DNA of 64,000 nt, taken from assembly GCA_040954595.2 (NCBI GenBank), contig CM082583.2, positions 10,863,656 through 10,927,655 on the forward strand. Reading direction: 5' to 3'. The position numbers and the translations under genes are program-made. Below the pieces are notes generated by a model, which worked only from the letters and a program-made list of their open reading frames with translations, ran no database searches and was not told where the DNA came from. This DNA is from Balanoglossus misakiensis (Eukaryota; Animalia; Hemichordata). Below, in pieces: positions 12,553 through 24,850 of this stretch (the stretch's first letter is position 1; the number at the start of each line of letters is the position of its first letter).

Positions 12553-15500
12553 TTAGTTGCAAACATGTAATTCTTCATTTCGGGTGCAGGTTTCACACGT
12601 GACCACGCAGCACCAATGAAATCGACAGTTGCAACTCTCCGTGACCCTTTTTTCCATTGTCTGGTATCCTCGTCCGCAACACATTCTTGAGCAGCTGTCG
12701 CTGTGTCGGCTTGTCTTATTACAATAGCGTCCATGCGTCCCGACAGATTGGTATTTTTTGCTGCGTTCACACCAATCTGGCGACGGGTCAAGATACACCA
12801 GCTCTTCTTGCGGAAGTCGCCGCTCTTTCTTTGGGGTGCTGCTGTCCCCCGGCAGACTTGAGATTATTTGTTTCTGGTGAGGGCGCAAGCGTTTCTTCTT
12901 GCGCGCATACTTGACGCGTATAGCTTGGAAGTACTTGTCCATCAAAACATCTCCGAGAACGCGAAATTTTGCCATTGTCCGCCAACAGATTTTCGATGAA
13001 CAAGAACCCGAGACGCCGTGGCATTTACACTTGGTGTACATGTTATCTTTAATCGCCTGAAAATGACAGAAAATGTTAACATTAAGGAAAGGTTTATAAA
13101 AATATAAATACGACAATGCAATTTTGGTACCAAAATGAAATCATGGAAGTGTCTTGCGGATCCTGACTACTTCCAATCAATAATAAAACCTGCAGAAAAG
13201 GTCGGATATTGTGCATATATGCATGTACCTTTCACAGGAAAGTAAGATTATTAGGTGAAACTGCTCACACAAATGAAAGTTGTTCGAACACAACGAAATG
13301 CACGCTTTAATGGACACAATTCAACAATACCAGAGAAAAAATGGAAGACATATGTTGAGGTCAGCAAATAACAAAGAGTGGCAGTTTATGGGTCTTGAAG
13401 GCGCACAGGCCTTTTGACCGGATGGTGGCAACTGCTAGGTGCAGTCGGTAATCCGTGAAATGCTTCGATACGATCCATGTAAGAATACCCCCTGTGAAAC
13501 AGCTGTGCCTTTAGACCTTGGGTCGTATATCCAATTTGTGAACAACTTCCGTTGAAAGTATTCCGGTACGGTGATTCGGTTTTACGAGCATGCAGTGGAA
13601 AGGGTCCATTGAACAATTCTCGCGAAAAACAAGTTCTGAAAGTGATGTCGTAAATCACCAATTCAACCTAAAGTTGAAATCACGGTCAATGTTCGATGTA
13701 CCGTAAAGGGGTACTCATCTGTGCCGTACGCACAGACTGTACGCCATGTTGCTGACCCTGAAAATGACCCTCAGAACCAAGAAGGGCGATTTAAGTGATT
13801 GTTGGGATTCTCCCCAGTGAATCTTTGCGCATAGGCATAACAAAGAAGTACAGTTTTACCGGCCATCTCAGACTGCTGGTTCAACATTTGCACCTAATAT
13901 GTTTTGACTTCCACAAGAAAAGAAAGGTTAATATCAACGCACACGAGCATACACTGTCACATTCCAGACGACGTATGGGGGGTAACCTATGGGTCAAGAC
14001 ATGCGAGCACGTGATTTTGCAGGTGTGGTCGTGAATATTTACCAATCAGCTGCTTCCCTGAATGACTTGATGCAAATAGGTAAAATTGAACGACGCGATT
14101 TGAAATAAAATTATTGACGCGGTGGATTGTACACGTTTAGTAGCAGAAAAGGTCTCGCGGCCACGAAATCTCGTCGTTTTCGTTAAAACAGGATAACAGG
14201 GTTGTAAAATTCCTCAATAAACTTTCTCGAGGGTCGCATAATTCGTGTTGGTTGCTCATCAAATTGTTTCTTTGACCTCTGTCGCTAGCAGTAAACCCGC
14301 TAATCAGGCTATTACTCTGCATTAAGTGATTCCAGATCTAGACGTAGCATTCAACAGAGAGCCTGACTAGGAAGCCTTGTGTCCCAGTCGCCGTTGAAAT
14401 AACATTTAGGCGTCTGTGTATCTCATATCAATGTTTTCAAAATGAAATGATTCTTGTTTCACGTGAACGGTGTCAAGATAGAAACAGGATAGCTTGGACG
14501 GCAGTGTCTCACGTCATAGGTATTTTGGATGAACCACAAATCTCCACTTCTTGGGGGTCGATATCAATGTCCCACTACGCATTCAAATCACCGTCACCAT
14601 TCTATGATATGGATACATTCACTCCCAGGAACTCGATCCCTGTCGTAATTTCTAAGACATGAAAACGACTATATGGGGTTTTCACTATTAATAAATTTAT
14701 AATTTACAAAGGAATTCGACCTTGAACCGGCGCTGGTGGTGATATATCGAGACAAAACGAACAATCTACGAAATAGAAAATCAGGGGGTTGAATACTTCG
14801 ACTAGTTTTTCAAAGTGGCACAAAAGCACATACGGAAGACCTCAACCGTGTGAAGAATGTAGCCGTGCATGCAGATACATACTACAGATTCCGACGAACG
14901 AGATTTACGGTTCTCCGTGCGAGATTTACAGTTCTTAGTCAGATTTGATTTAGTGCTTGTTTGTATGCGTTTTTGCTTCCCTCATGTACAAAGTCACACT
15001 TGACAGTTTGTGGTTGTGGCGTTTGTTGTCGAACAGAATAGCTTCAGGTCACTTCCATTTGGAAGACAGGGGTCAGTGGTTGACTGGTTGTGCCAAAAGA
15101 GACAAATATATTAACCGTTGAAATGTTTTCAGTCGGAAAATATATGTCACGAATAAAACAAACATATATAGACAAGAGGCAAGGCGACCACGGAAAAAAA
15201 CCGTGCCTTCGTGAAATTCCCGTAATACCCGCCAAGGCATTAAATATTTGCTCGGTTCCTTCATAAATCAAAGTCGTAAAATTCTGAGGCAAGAAGAAGC
15301 CCCCGCGATATGTCCTGTCCCACGAACGAAGCGGACTTCCGGAAGATACTCTAAATTTATGATCATGACCCAGGACCAGGAATCATTCGGATTGCCATCA
15401 GCAATTTGCTGCCCTAGTGCTACGACCAGGTTACACCCGCAGACAACGGCAAACATCTGCAAGACATGGTTTGTGTCGTAGTACATTTAAATACAAATTC

Positions 15501-18500
15501 AGGACAGTTCTGTCAGTCAACCAATTTATGTTTCAATTATTTTTTCTCGTCTGTGGTAGTTAAAACCCCATGCAGGCACTTCATCATTATCATCCAGTTT
15601 CCACTAGACGTTTCAACTCAAATTCTTCGAAAGATTTTGATTCAGGGTGACACGATAATTCCACCACTCATATTTTCCAGTTGAACACAAAGATATAGGA
15701 AGAACGCAGCATTTCAAATAAACAGAAATAAGTCTACGAGACAGATTTGGCATCAATCACAGGCGTGTTAACGTTTGCAGTATATATAACAGACAGACTT
15801 TGTGTTGTATAATATTTACATAATATTTACTGTACGCCGTGATTGTAGAATGTTTAATAGTGGCGGAAAATTATCAAAGAAATTTGAATTTCTGTTCTGT
15901 GTACAGGTGGATTTTCATTTAACTAACATTCTGAGTCAGCTGAGAAAAAATGTTTAAATATGTCCGGATTAACCATCAGTTCCCTGGAGCGTCAGTTCAA
16001 TAGGAAAACAATTTACGCGTGACCAAGTACGTAGTTTCAATATTTACCTGTTGCGGACTGCGTGGAAGTTAGCGCTCGCTCTGGGCATTGGAACTGACAG
16101 AATCAACACTGCTTGAAATCCAAAACAGTGGTATCGAGTAAAACTTTTTAAAATAGGAATTTAAAACTGAAGGCTATTTTAAAACTGATGGATATTTTAT
16201 CAAGGCTGTGTTCTTTCACTGCTATCAGTACCGTTCATTAAATTAACGTGATTTTGAATAGACTGGTGTGTTTGTTACGATACATCGAAAACGTCTTGGG
16301 TCAGCAAAAACTTTTTGTTCATAGGCTTCCCAGTCCTTATGATGCTTCGTGTCATATACCTTCGCATTCTAACAAAACCCGACTCCAGAGCACCGGTGCG
16401 GTCAATCGACGGTGACACGAGTACAAGGCGCCCTCTTGAGGGGATGGAGACTCACCTGTCGACCAGCTTCCTTATTGTGGCTATTCATGAGCTTGATCCC
16501 GTCGTCAACTCCTTCGACTTCGCCCATGAAATCGGTGGTGAAGTAATTCCCGTAGCGTACGTTGTCGTTGCAACCGTCCCAGTTCCACTTGCTTTCGTCA
16601 TCTGTCGGTCGGTACTTGTTGTCACATCCGCACACCTCTTCCAGTTCCCCTTCCCCGCAGGCCCTTGTCACACTGTACGACACACCGGCTGACATAACGG
16701 CGTGGAGAAACGCTGTTTCTGCACTTTCTGTGTGAATCGATGAAGAAGAAGAAAATACACTTTATTGCCCGATCAGCTGCAAAGCGTAAATTTGTATAGA
16801 CTTGCATCTTCGAAATGCTTCGGCCAAAATTCGTTCCGAGGGCATATCTCAATGTCTCTCTGCCTCTCTGTCTGGCTGTCCATTTGTCTGTCTGTGTGTT
16901 AATCTGTCTGTAATTCCACGTGTGTGTGAGAGAGTCTCTCTGTGTCTGTCTATCTGTATCTGTGTCTATCCCCCCCCTCTCTCATGCAAGGACCATCCAT
17001 GCCAAAAATACTTGCTACAACATGCAAGAGATGCACTTAACAGACGACTTGTCTTCGTGGACAATTAAACGACAGTAATAAAACATGGTCTGAGAAAGGT
17101 TAACATAAATCAGTCAAAACATATTTGCCTGCAATTCTTGCTAAGAGGGGGGCTTGAATTTCTATACAAACTGAGAAGATTTAAAGTTATTGCACAGAAT
17201 GGATACTCAATGTCAAAGAGCGAAGAGGACATTCTCAGTAACAGCACATGTTTATTTACACGCCATGACAAGAATCGACATGTATACACATACAACTTAC
17301 ACCAAGCTTAAGTCAATAATAGCGAACATTAACTAAATGTTCAAAAACATCCAACTATACTGCGGGCTACATGTACACGTACGATTGTTAATTATCTTGA
17401 TAAGATGTTTTTATCGTTAAAGATCGTATAGTTTCAAGTTCAATACATTGGGCCATTGTGCGTTTGTATGCAGTGTAGAGCAACTTTTTGGGCACAACGA
17501 AATTTCTCTTTGCTGGCGCAATTCAGTTTTCACGAATTTACTCACTTGCTACAGAAATCCGCACATAGAAACGTGAATATCCAATTGAGGAGACAGGTGT
17601 AATGTCTCAACAACTGTCAACATACTTAGTAAGGTCTAGTGGTTCACCAATCTGATAAAGCCGTTGGCACGCGTCCACTACAGGAGCTTCTGATTGGCCT
17701 GGGTGTCGCCTGTCAATCAACCGGTTCTGTCAATCACGTGATGGATGTTGGGTTATTGACACTGTGGTTATCAATTCTTATAATTTTGTCAATTGTATAT
17801 TTTCAAAATAATGAACGAGGCGCAGCGGATGTAATCACGGGCGTGGAATTTGAACTTATGTCAGGATTTGTTTAAAAGTCGAACATTTCAAACAAGCAAA
17901 AATGTTCTGGCGAGTTTAAATCATTTATTTAATGCATTGGGTCACACATAAAGTAGCTTTTGTGGCCCAGAGTCACATTTTTATTTTCTATGTCAGGTCA
18001 GATGTTGTATATTTTACATATTCCCGACTGGCTCGCTTCAGCTGACAGTTTTATGATTAAGGTCAACAGTCCTTGCGAACACATGACGAACACATTGCGA
18101 GTCTGACCAGATCAGACCATAAGCTCTGTTTTCTGAGATCTTTGCCCACGCGTTCGCACACGCGTGTAGGACTGCGCAATTTTGCAATGATATCGCTCTA
18201 TAATTGAGGTTTGCCAAACTTTTTGATTTTAATATAATAGCGATTCCTAGAATGATTTTATTCGCGGTTGAAAACAAATTAAAGCACGTTATGGTTGTTT
18301 ATTGTGCAAATCAGGCGTTAGAGTGTCTGGCTGGTCCTAGGTTACATCTGGTGTTAGGCCTAAGTCCAGGCATCTCGAACTCTATTTTCCAGATGAGTGC
18401 GTAGGTGTTTACAAACTCGTAAAAGTTCACTCGGGTTCCGACAAGCTCTAAAATCTTGCACGTCAGCGTTCCATGTTCCCATTCTTCAGAACGCAAATCA

Positions 18501-21500
18501 GAGGGGACGGATTGTTTAAGATGTGTTTTTTTTTCCAGACTGGAACCAGTTGTAGAATTATTAATGGAAAACCCATGCCCAAACTGTCAATCTTGATGGT
18601 TTGTTTTGGCGACCGAAATCTAGAAGTATCCAACTTGCATGTTCGATGTCCGTTAACACCACAACTTCAACCGCCAGTGTTGTGTTCTGGCAATGTTGTA
18701 TTTTGTCAACGGTTCTGCTAATGCCTGGCACATGGTGATGTACGCTAACTCAACTATGCACACAACGAATTCCGACCACTAGCCAGCAGATCTTTAACGT
18801 GGCAGAAAAGACTTTTACACAATTATTACACAGGACAGACTCACGTGACACTACACTACACTACACTACACTACACTACACTACACTACACTACACTACA
18901 CTACACTACACTACACTACACTACACTACACTACACTACACTACACTACACTACACCACACTACACTTTACTTGCATCACTAATGAATATGTTTGAACTA
19001 AATTCAGAATAGGCGCTGTGTATGGCGTATGTTTGAGCATTTTATCGACGCGATTGCCATTTCCAACAATGGACAGCTTCTAGGGTTCACGCCAACACCC
19101 CACGTCTGAACTGGCTTGTCACCCCACAATAATTCAACATGTACATGTAATCTCGCAACTCCGGAGCCCTAACATCCTCATGTGTGACCTATTTTCCAGG
19201 TCCCCAGATAACCCTCCGAATATTTCAATTTCAGTTCAACATCCTGGCTCAATTTTGGCGATGGATTTATAGGACGGCCCGTACCCTTTTACTTGTTTAA
19301 CGGTGCTTCATTCTGGTTTTCTATAGGAATTTATTCGCTTGTTTTTCTCAAGAGTCCCGTTTCTTTCCTTAGGATGAGATAAATCCCAGCGAAAATATTG
19401 GATACACAGACTGACGGCACTGATTTTAGAGAAAGTCTGTTGAAATATTCCTTATTATCTAGGGCGTCGAAAATAAACGTCTGCTCAACCTATGCTCTAT
19501 TAATCCCAATACCAAGATATACCCATGAGAAGTATCTAAATTTGTGTTATCTACCTAGGTGGCCGTGACGTCATCGATCGGTGCGGAAGGATACTGAATC
19601 GTTAACACATCGGAGTCGATCGGTGAGATTCCATGAACAACGCAACATGGCCCATCTTTGCTGCAACGAAGAGCGGACCTTTTGGTTTTACTTTTTCAAG
19701 TTGGATCAACTCATTCATCGAGCTCCATCAAAGTTTGGGGCAAAAATTAACTCGATTATTTAGAGCGGGGAAATCGTGTTTTCTTAACCCTCTGCTTGGC
19801 GTGCAACGAGCAAACATGGAGGGGCCAGACCTGTCAGGACAGGGTGTGCTTACGTCATGTCCACGTCATAGCGGACGTTTCAAAGCCTTTGATCCGGGAA
19901 CGTGCAGTGGGTCGGCTGCAATTTGTGTCCCATCATTCTGTGAGGGTTTCGAGATCTCTCCAATTCTCTTGACACGGCGAACAGACGACTGCTCTGGGTA
20001 ACGTTTAAGAGATGATAGAAACCTGATCCGCGCTTAGAGAATTATTTCTTTTTATAGGTACTTGTGAAAAATATGATACCTGCTTTCCGTTTCCAGAAAC
20101 GACATTTGAACGCTTCATACGCAACAAGCAATAACGTTCGGGAAATTGATTTTTGTTGCATGGAATTGACAACAGCGTGGCGAGGAAAAGCTAGAAATCA
20201 GATCCGCCATGTTATACGCACGCAATTCTTTGTAGTACAGGTTTGAGCGCATTGCACCATGGAAAGTAAAGCGTTATGACGTATGCGTACTAATATAAGC
20301 AGTGGTTAGCATTTACTTCAATGAATCTGTCGCTTTCAACTATTTAAAGCACTAGTAACTCAAACCTTTGGCTATTTTTCACAGTATTTTTGTCCCCATG
20401 TATCAACTCCGGTTTCTTGCTCTACTCTAGATATCTTTCTGAAATGCATTTGTCACCTTTATTAGCCAATGGCAACAATAATGAGATTGAAACCAGAAAA
20501 TCCAATCCCCTCTGATGAAAAGAGTAAGAACAATAGAATAAATAATAGTCACATTCACTTTTTTGTCGGACGACCTTAAGGTCTCTAAGCGGAAAGATCC
20601 CATTTTGACGCACTGACCGCACGAGTTCTATTATCAATGTCGGATAGAATTTAACATTCTGATGAAGGTTTTGGGTTCGTTTTCCGCTGAAAGGGACAAA
20701 GAAACTCAAACAAATGCTACAAATGCTCTCCTCTGTTGCGGGGAAAGTCAAAGGCATGCTATGTCTTTAACTTTATTATCCATTAAATACAGTCCAACAT
20801 GATGAAAGCTTTGATGAGCATCATAACAAAATTACGACCAAAGCAGCATTAGAGCGGTACGCTGTAAAGAAAGGTTACAGGAAAAATAAAACGTAGGCAG
20901 GGGTCCAAATATATTTATTTGGAGAAAGTCGATAAAAATACTTACTGACGTGCAGCACTCTTGAGTTAAAGATGGCGGTTGAATTTTCAATGGGACAGTT
21001 CCATCTTTGATGCCGGAACTGGTGTCGGCATTCGGACAGTCCTATTGCTGCGCCCCTTTCCGTGTTTGGAATTATGTTAGGTATCGCTAGACACAGTTCA
21101 CGCTGTCGTTTTCCCAACCACGTGACGGAGTCACAATAATTTTTAACCTCTGAATTAGACCACGTTTGGGCGTTTGAGCTACGAGTTCTCCCCGTCAAAG
21201 CCTGGCGTTCTTGTCTTGACCTGGGTAGAAAAAAAACACAGATATAAATTGGAATGGCGTCAGTGACAAAAATATTTGAAATAATTTATTGAGCTTAAGA
21301 ACAGCAATAATTCTTCAAAACAAGGGAGAGGTACAGCATTTAATGATGACGAAATGCAGCAAAAATATAATTGCATCACGGGTTCTATTAGATCCAAGCG
21401 AAACTTTCAACCGGTGCGGTGGTCGTCATGAGCCGTGAAATGACACAGCCCACTAGTCCCCTGACAATAATCACATCGTTTGTCACGCCTGAATACTCGC

Positions 21501-21974
21501 CGCGGTTGTATGGAAATGGATTTGACATGACAGTTATTGGCGTGGAGAGAATAGAAGGTGGACCACAGTAATCGTCTCACTGACGGACATGGCAGTCACG
21601 AGACACAATAGTCGGACATGACACTTCCCGTCCTGTTGTATGCAGCAATCACACGTTAACAAGGACACACTGTCATTCCCAATGGACTAGGCCCTATAAA
21701 TCCCGAATCAAAACAAAAATCGCCCGGACAAGTTTTCCCAGCCGAGATCTGCTGGAATATTTTCAAGAGGTGTACACAGTCACTTTGCGGTTTATGTTTA
21801 AATTATTCCTCGATTGGTTGCCGTGATTTGATGGCAAGAAACGCTTTCCGTCTGTGGAATGATAACTATGCGCATCTTTCCAGTGACATGTGTTATACCA
21901 TAAAAGTCCAGAAATAAGACCTGTCAGAAATGAATGCAAAATTTCCACTATGTGCGCACACATTAATGTCTGTT

Positions 21975-22008
<34 letters not shown>

Positions 22009-24850
22009 GAGGGGTACAGGCAAGCAGACAGAATAAATTGCGCTTGCATAACTACACGTCACCTTCGCTCACAGTTCAGTTATCCTGCCACAATAGAATG
22101 TTTGTCAAACAATATTTCTTCACCGAGGAATGGTAATGTCTTTCCTAACCCAATTCCGTTGGCAGAGAGCTTAGTACGTAACATGCATGTTGATTTTGAC
22201 AAACGTCTCGGTACGAGAGAAAATAGTTTGCTTTGATTGCTAAATGTGCGAGAGCGGATAACAAGTGTCGGACGTTCTCATTGCATGTCACAAAACGACA
22301 GATAGGATTCGCTCTCTTTCTCGAAATTCGCGTACTTTGCAATGGTCACTGCAGTACGCACACGACTCGTGATTAGATCCTTTTTGTGGTGAGAGCGATA
22401 CTCTTTCCTACTTCAAAGTCGACATTATTCCAGCAACAACCTCATGCACGGTGATAATCATTTCACAATGAATTCTTTCTCTCCATTCGCGCGGCCAATT
22501 TTGGAAACATTTTCATTTCATACAAGGGTTCTGCTTCTCTTTGAACCGGGCCAATTTCGGAGTTGCGTCCGAATGCACCGACATTTTGCAGAGGAAAATA
22601 TTGTTGGTAAAAAAAAGGTTAAAGCGTGGACAACGCATGCATTAGTTTCATTCATGAAGAAACAAACACAATGACCCATGGGAAAACACCCTAAACCACT
22701 CGGATTATACTTCGTCGACCCTTAGCCCCATTCCTGGTCATCATCGGTCTAATAACATTGTATTCACATACTTCTACTCGACAGAAATTCATGGCGAAAA
22801 ATATATGTAGAAACTGTAGCGCCGCTGTTGTTGTTATTCCTTGCAACTTGCCTCACTTTCTGTTATGTAACAGTTTCAGCTTCGCGCACACGGACACCGC
22901 GTTTTGAACGGAATTGTCCGTTTTAATTTCGACAGCAGTTTACATGGCAGTATCGACACTCTCTACAAGCTATAACAAACACAAACAACTGCGTACGGCG
23001 GTTCACCTCGACTAAGTTTTGTTTCTCAGGGCGATGCCTGATTGACAGATGGAGTCAAAGCCAATTGCCCATTAGCAACCTGAGAGTCCAAACACCGTCG
23101 CCCCTCTTCCATCCATCCGGAGTATCCATCCATACAGGGTATCAGTTTGGCGCTACTTGTGAGGTCTGAGAAATCTTGTAAATACTTGGCGATACAACAC
23201 GAATAATAAATACGAAATACAAGGTTGTTATCCCCCTGCTAATTACATCACAGCCCTTCAGTGATAATCCTCTGAAGGTGACGTGGATGAAGATAAAACG
23301 ACTGTCGTCAGAGGTGAATGATGATGAGGTGCTTTTTGCTTCATTTTATGATTTATTTATTTACTTATTAGTTTCACGGTTTCTGCCCGTGTAAATGTGT
23401 GTATGTCTCGATGGCGGTCTCAATCCATCAAAATCTTTACTTGTTTATAATTAGCGATACTGACAGTGCCGTGGTCGCTGCAAACCTAACCATCCTTCTC
23501 GAGCTCCCGTTTGATGACTTTCTGGTGTCTGCTAACAAGGGATACTTTCATTGGATATAGGCGCAGATGTGTAAACTGATATAGATGTATAGTTTGTAGC
23601 CTGGTACAGCTGGAGGTTAAAAAGATGTAACGCTATTCCGCCTTTCAACAGAAGCAACGAAGGCGGTATTTTCTAAAATTCTGACCGGATCTGGAACGTA
23701 AAAGGGTAAAGAAATGTAACTTTTATGGTTTATTGTTACACATGTCCTTGCGTAAATTATATTCCAGGCACATGCATTTTTTTCCGCCGCCACTCAGGCC
23801 ATTAATGTTGTTCCGTACCCAGCGGTTTAGGATTCTTGTAGTAGTTGTCAGCAGCGAGTTTCGGATGAGCCTTTTCCTGGTGACCTCTGACCTCTAAGTT
23901 ATGGCCGAACAAACTGTCGTAAATCAAGGCAACGAACTCGTAAAACGGTACAACAGTTCCCGGCGCAAACTGCGACCAATGTCAATAATTCCGAAGGAAA
24001 TCACGGGACATTCTTTCAGAAAATAATGCAGGTCGCCATGTTTTGAATACAGAGTCGGTTCCTAATCTTGGTAGTCTGTCTGCATGGGAATATGGGTATG
24101 CTTCGCCGGTCTGTCCAGCGAACTGGTAATTACATGTTGAACACCGAACAATGCACGACAGTCTTTGCATTGTTGAAGTGGTAGGCAATTGTCGAAGTTG
24201 GCAATTTGGTGTTACGTTTACACCAATTCCATTCGCTTATCGTTAACTAGAACCATAAACGGTGCGGTGCCATGCATATGTTTCCAAAGAGCTGTCACGT
24301 TGCCGATAGTAGGCCCCAGATCACATGGAAAAAATACTCCCAACATTCGTCTGAGAGAGCGCCTGGGTTTTACGACACATGATTGAACAGTAAACGTGTT
24401 CTCTTATCCATCTAAGTATTAGCATAATATGACATTTCGCGTGGTTAATCGAAACTTAACAATTTTAAAGTATTGCCGGCTCGCTGTCTAAATAAACGGC
24501 CAATAGTAATACTGATCCCAAGAGCTTTGCACGCACAGTGGAATTTGAACTGAAATAGCCATAATCGACAGAACATTTCTGTTTGTTACCACACAATCAT
24601 ATTTCGAAGGAGAGATCAAATAGCGGAGACTAGCCACTTGAAACACGTTCATCTCTCGTGTGCAGCCTCCTCAAATCACGCGCCCGGCGACCCAGTGAAC
24701 CAAACAGACGTCATAAAAAGATTTTCTCAAGCCCAGCTTTAAATCCAGGCATGTCAACTTGCAGGTTACTCACCTTTGCACAAATGAGACGGCTTGCGAT
24801 TGAAGGCACACAAGTCCACACACAAACACAAAAATGATCATCGGCTGCAT
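12553..24850 (-). CDS. Wnt: Wnt family secreted ligand, 4 coding exons, 375 aa (subfamily unresolved; WntA is a candidate)
   Basis: Exons 24850-24774 (MQPMIIFVFVCGLVCLQSQAVSFVQ, signal-peptide-like), 21220-20946 (ECRHQFRHQRWNC), 16727-16456 (ETAFLHAVMSAGVSYSVTRAC; WNWDGCNDN; MNSHNKEAGR) and 13056-12553 (CKCHGVSGSC, LVYLDPSPDWC, CCGRGY, CNCRFHWCCVVTCETC). All introns are GT-AG with phases 2,1,0, giving 1128 nt in frame. Confidence 0.96.
17710..17736 (-). promoter_or_regulatory. Paired PBX-MEIS/PREP decamer sites (TGATTGACAG), candidate Wnt intronic enhancer
   Basis: CTGTCAATCA at 17710-17719 and 17727-17736; a third copy, TGATTGACAG, at 23039-23048. Motif match only. Confidence 0.45.
18848..18967. 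repeat. (ACACT)n pentanucleotide microsatellite, ~24 units, in Wnt intron 2
   Basis: Direct read: ...ctacactacactacactaca... Confidence 0.97.
19566..19894. promoter_or_regulatory. Candidate TCF/LEF + CRE enhancer in Wnt intron 2
   Basis: TGACGTCA at 19566-19573, ATCAAAG at 19727-19733, and back-to-back TTCAAAG/CCTTTGATC at 19879-19894. Motif match only. Confidence 0.35.
21976..22010. repeat. (AGAC)n microsatellite in Wnt intron 1
   Basis: gagacagacagacagacagacagacagacagagag. Confidence 0.9.

Noticed and set aside
18799-18996. HYTTL-repeat ORF, and similar RQTD, CLFV and ERG repeat ORFs
   Set aside because: These are translations of microsatellites.
20344-20770. Possible MITE bounded by TTAAAG...CTTTAA in Wnt intron 2
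   Set aside because: The inverted match is only about 6 bp and there is no second copy in the window.
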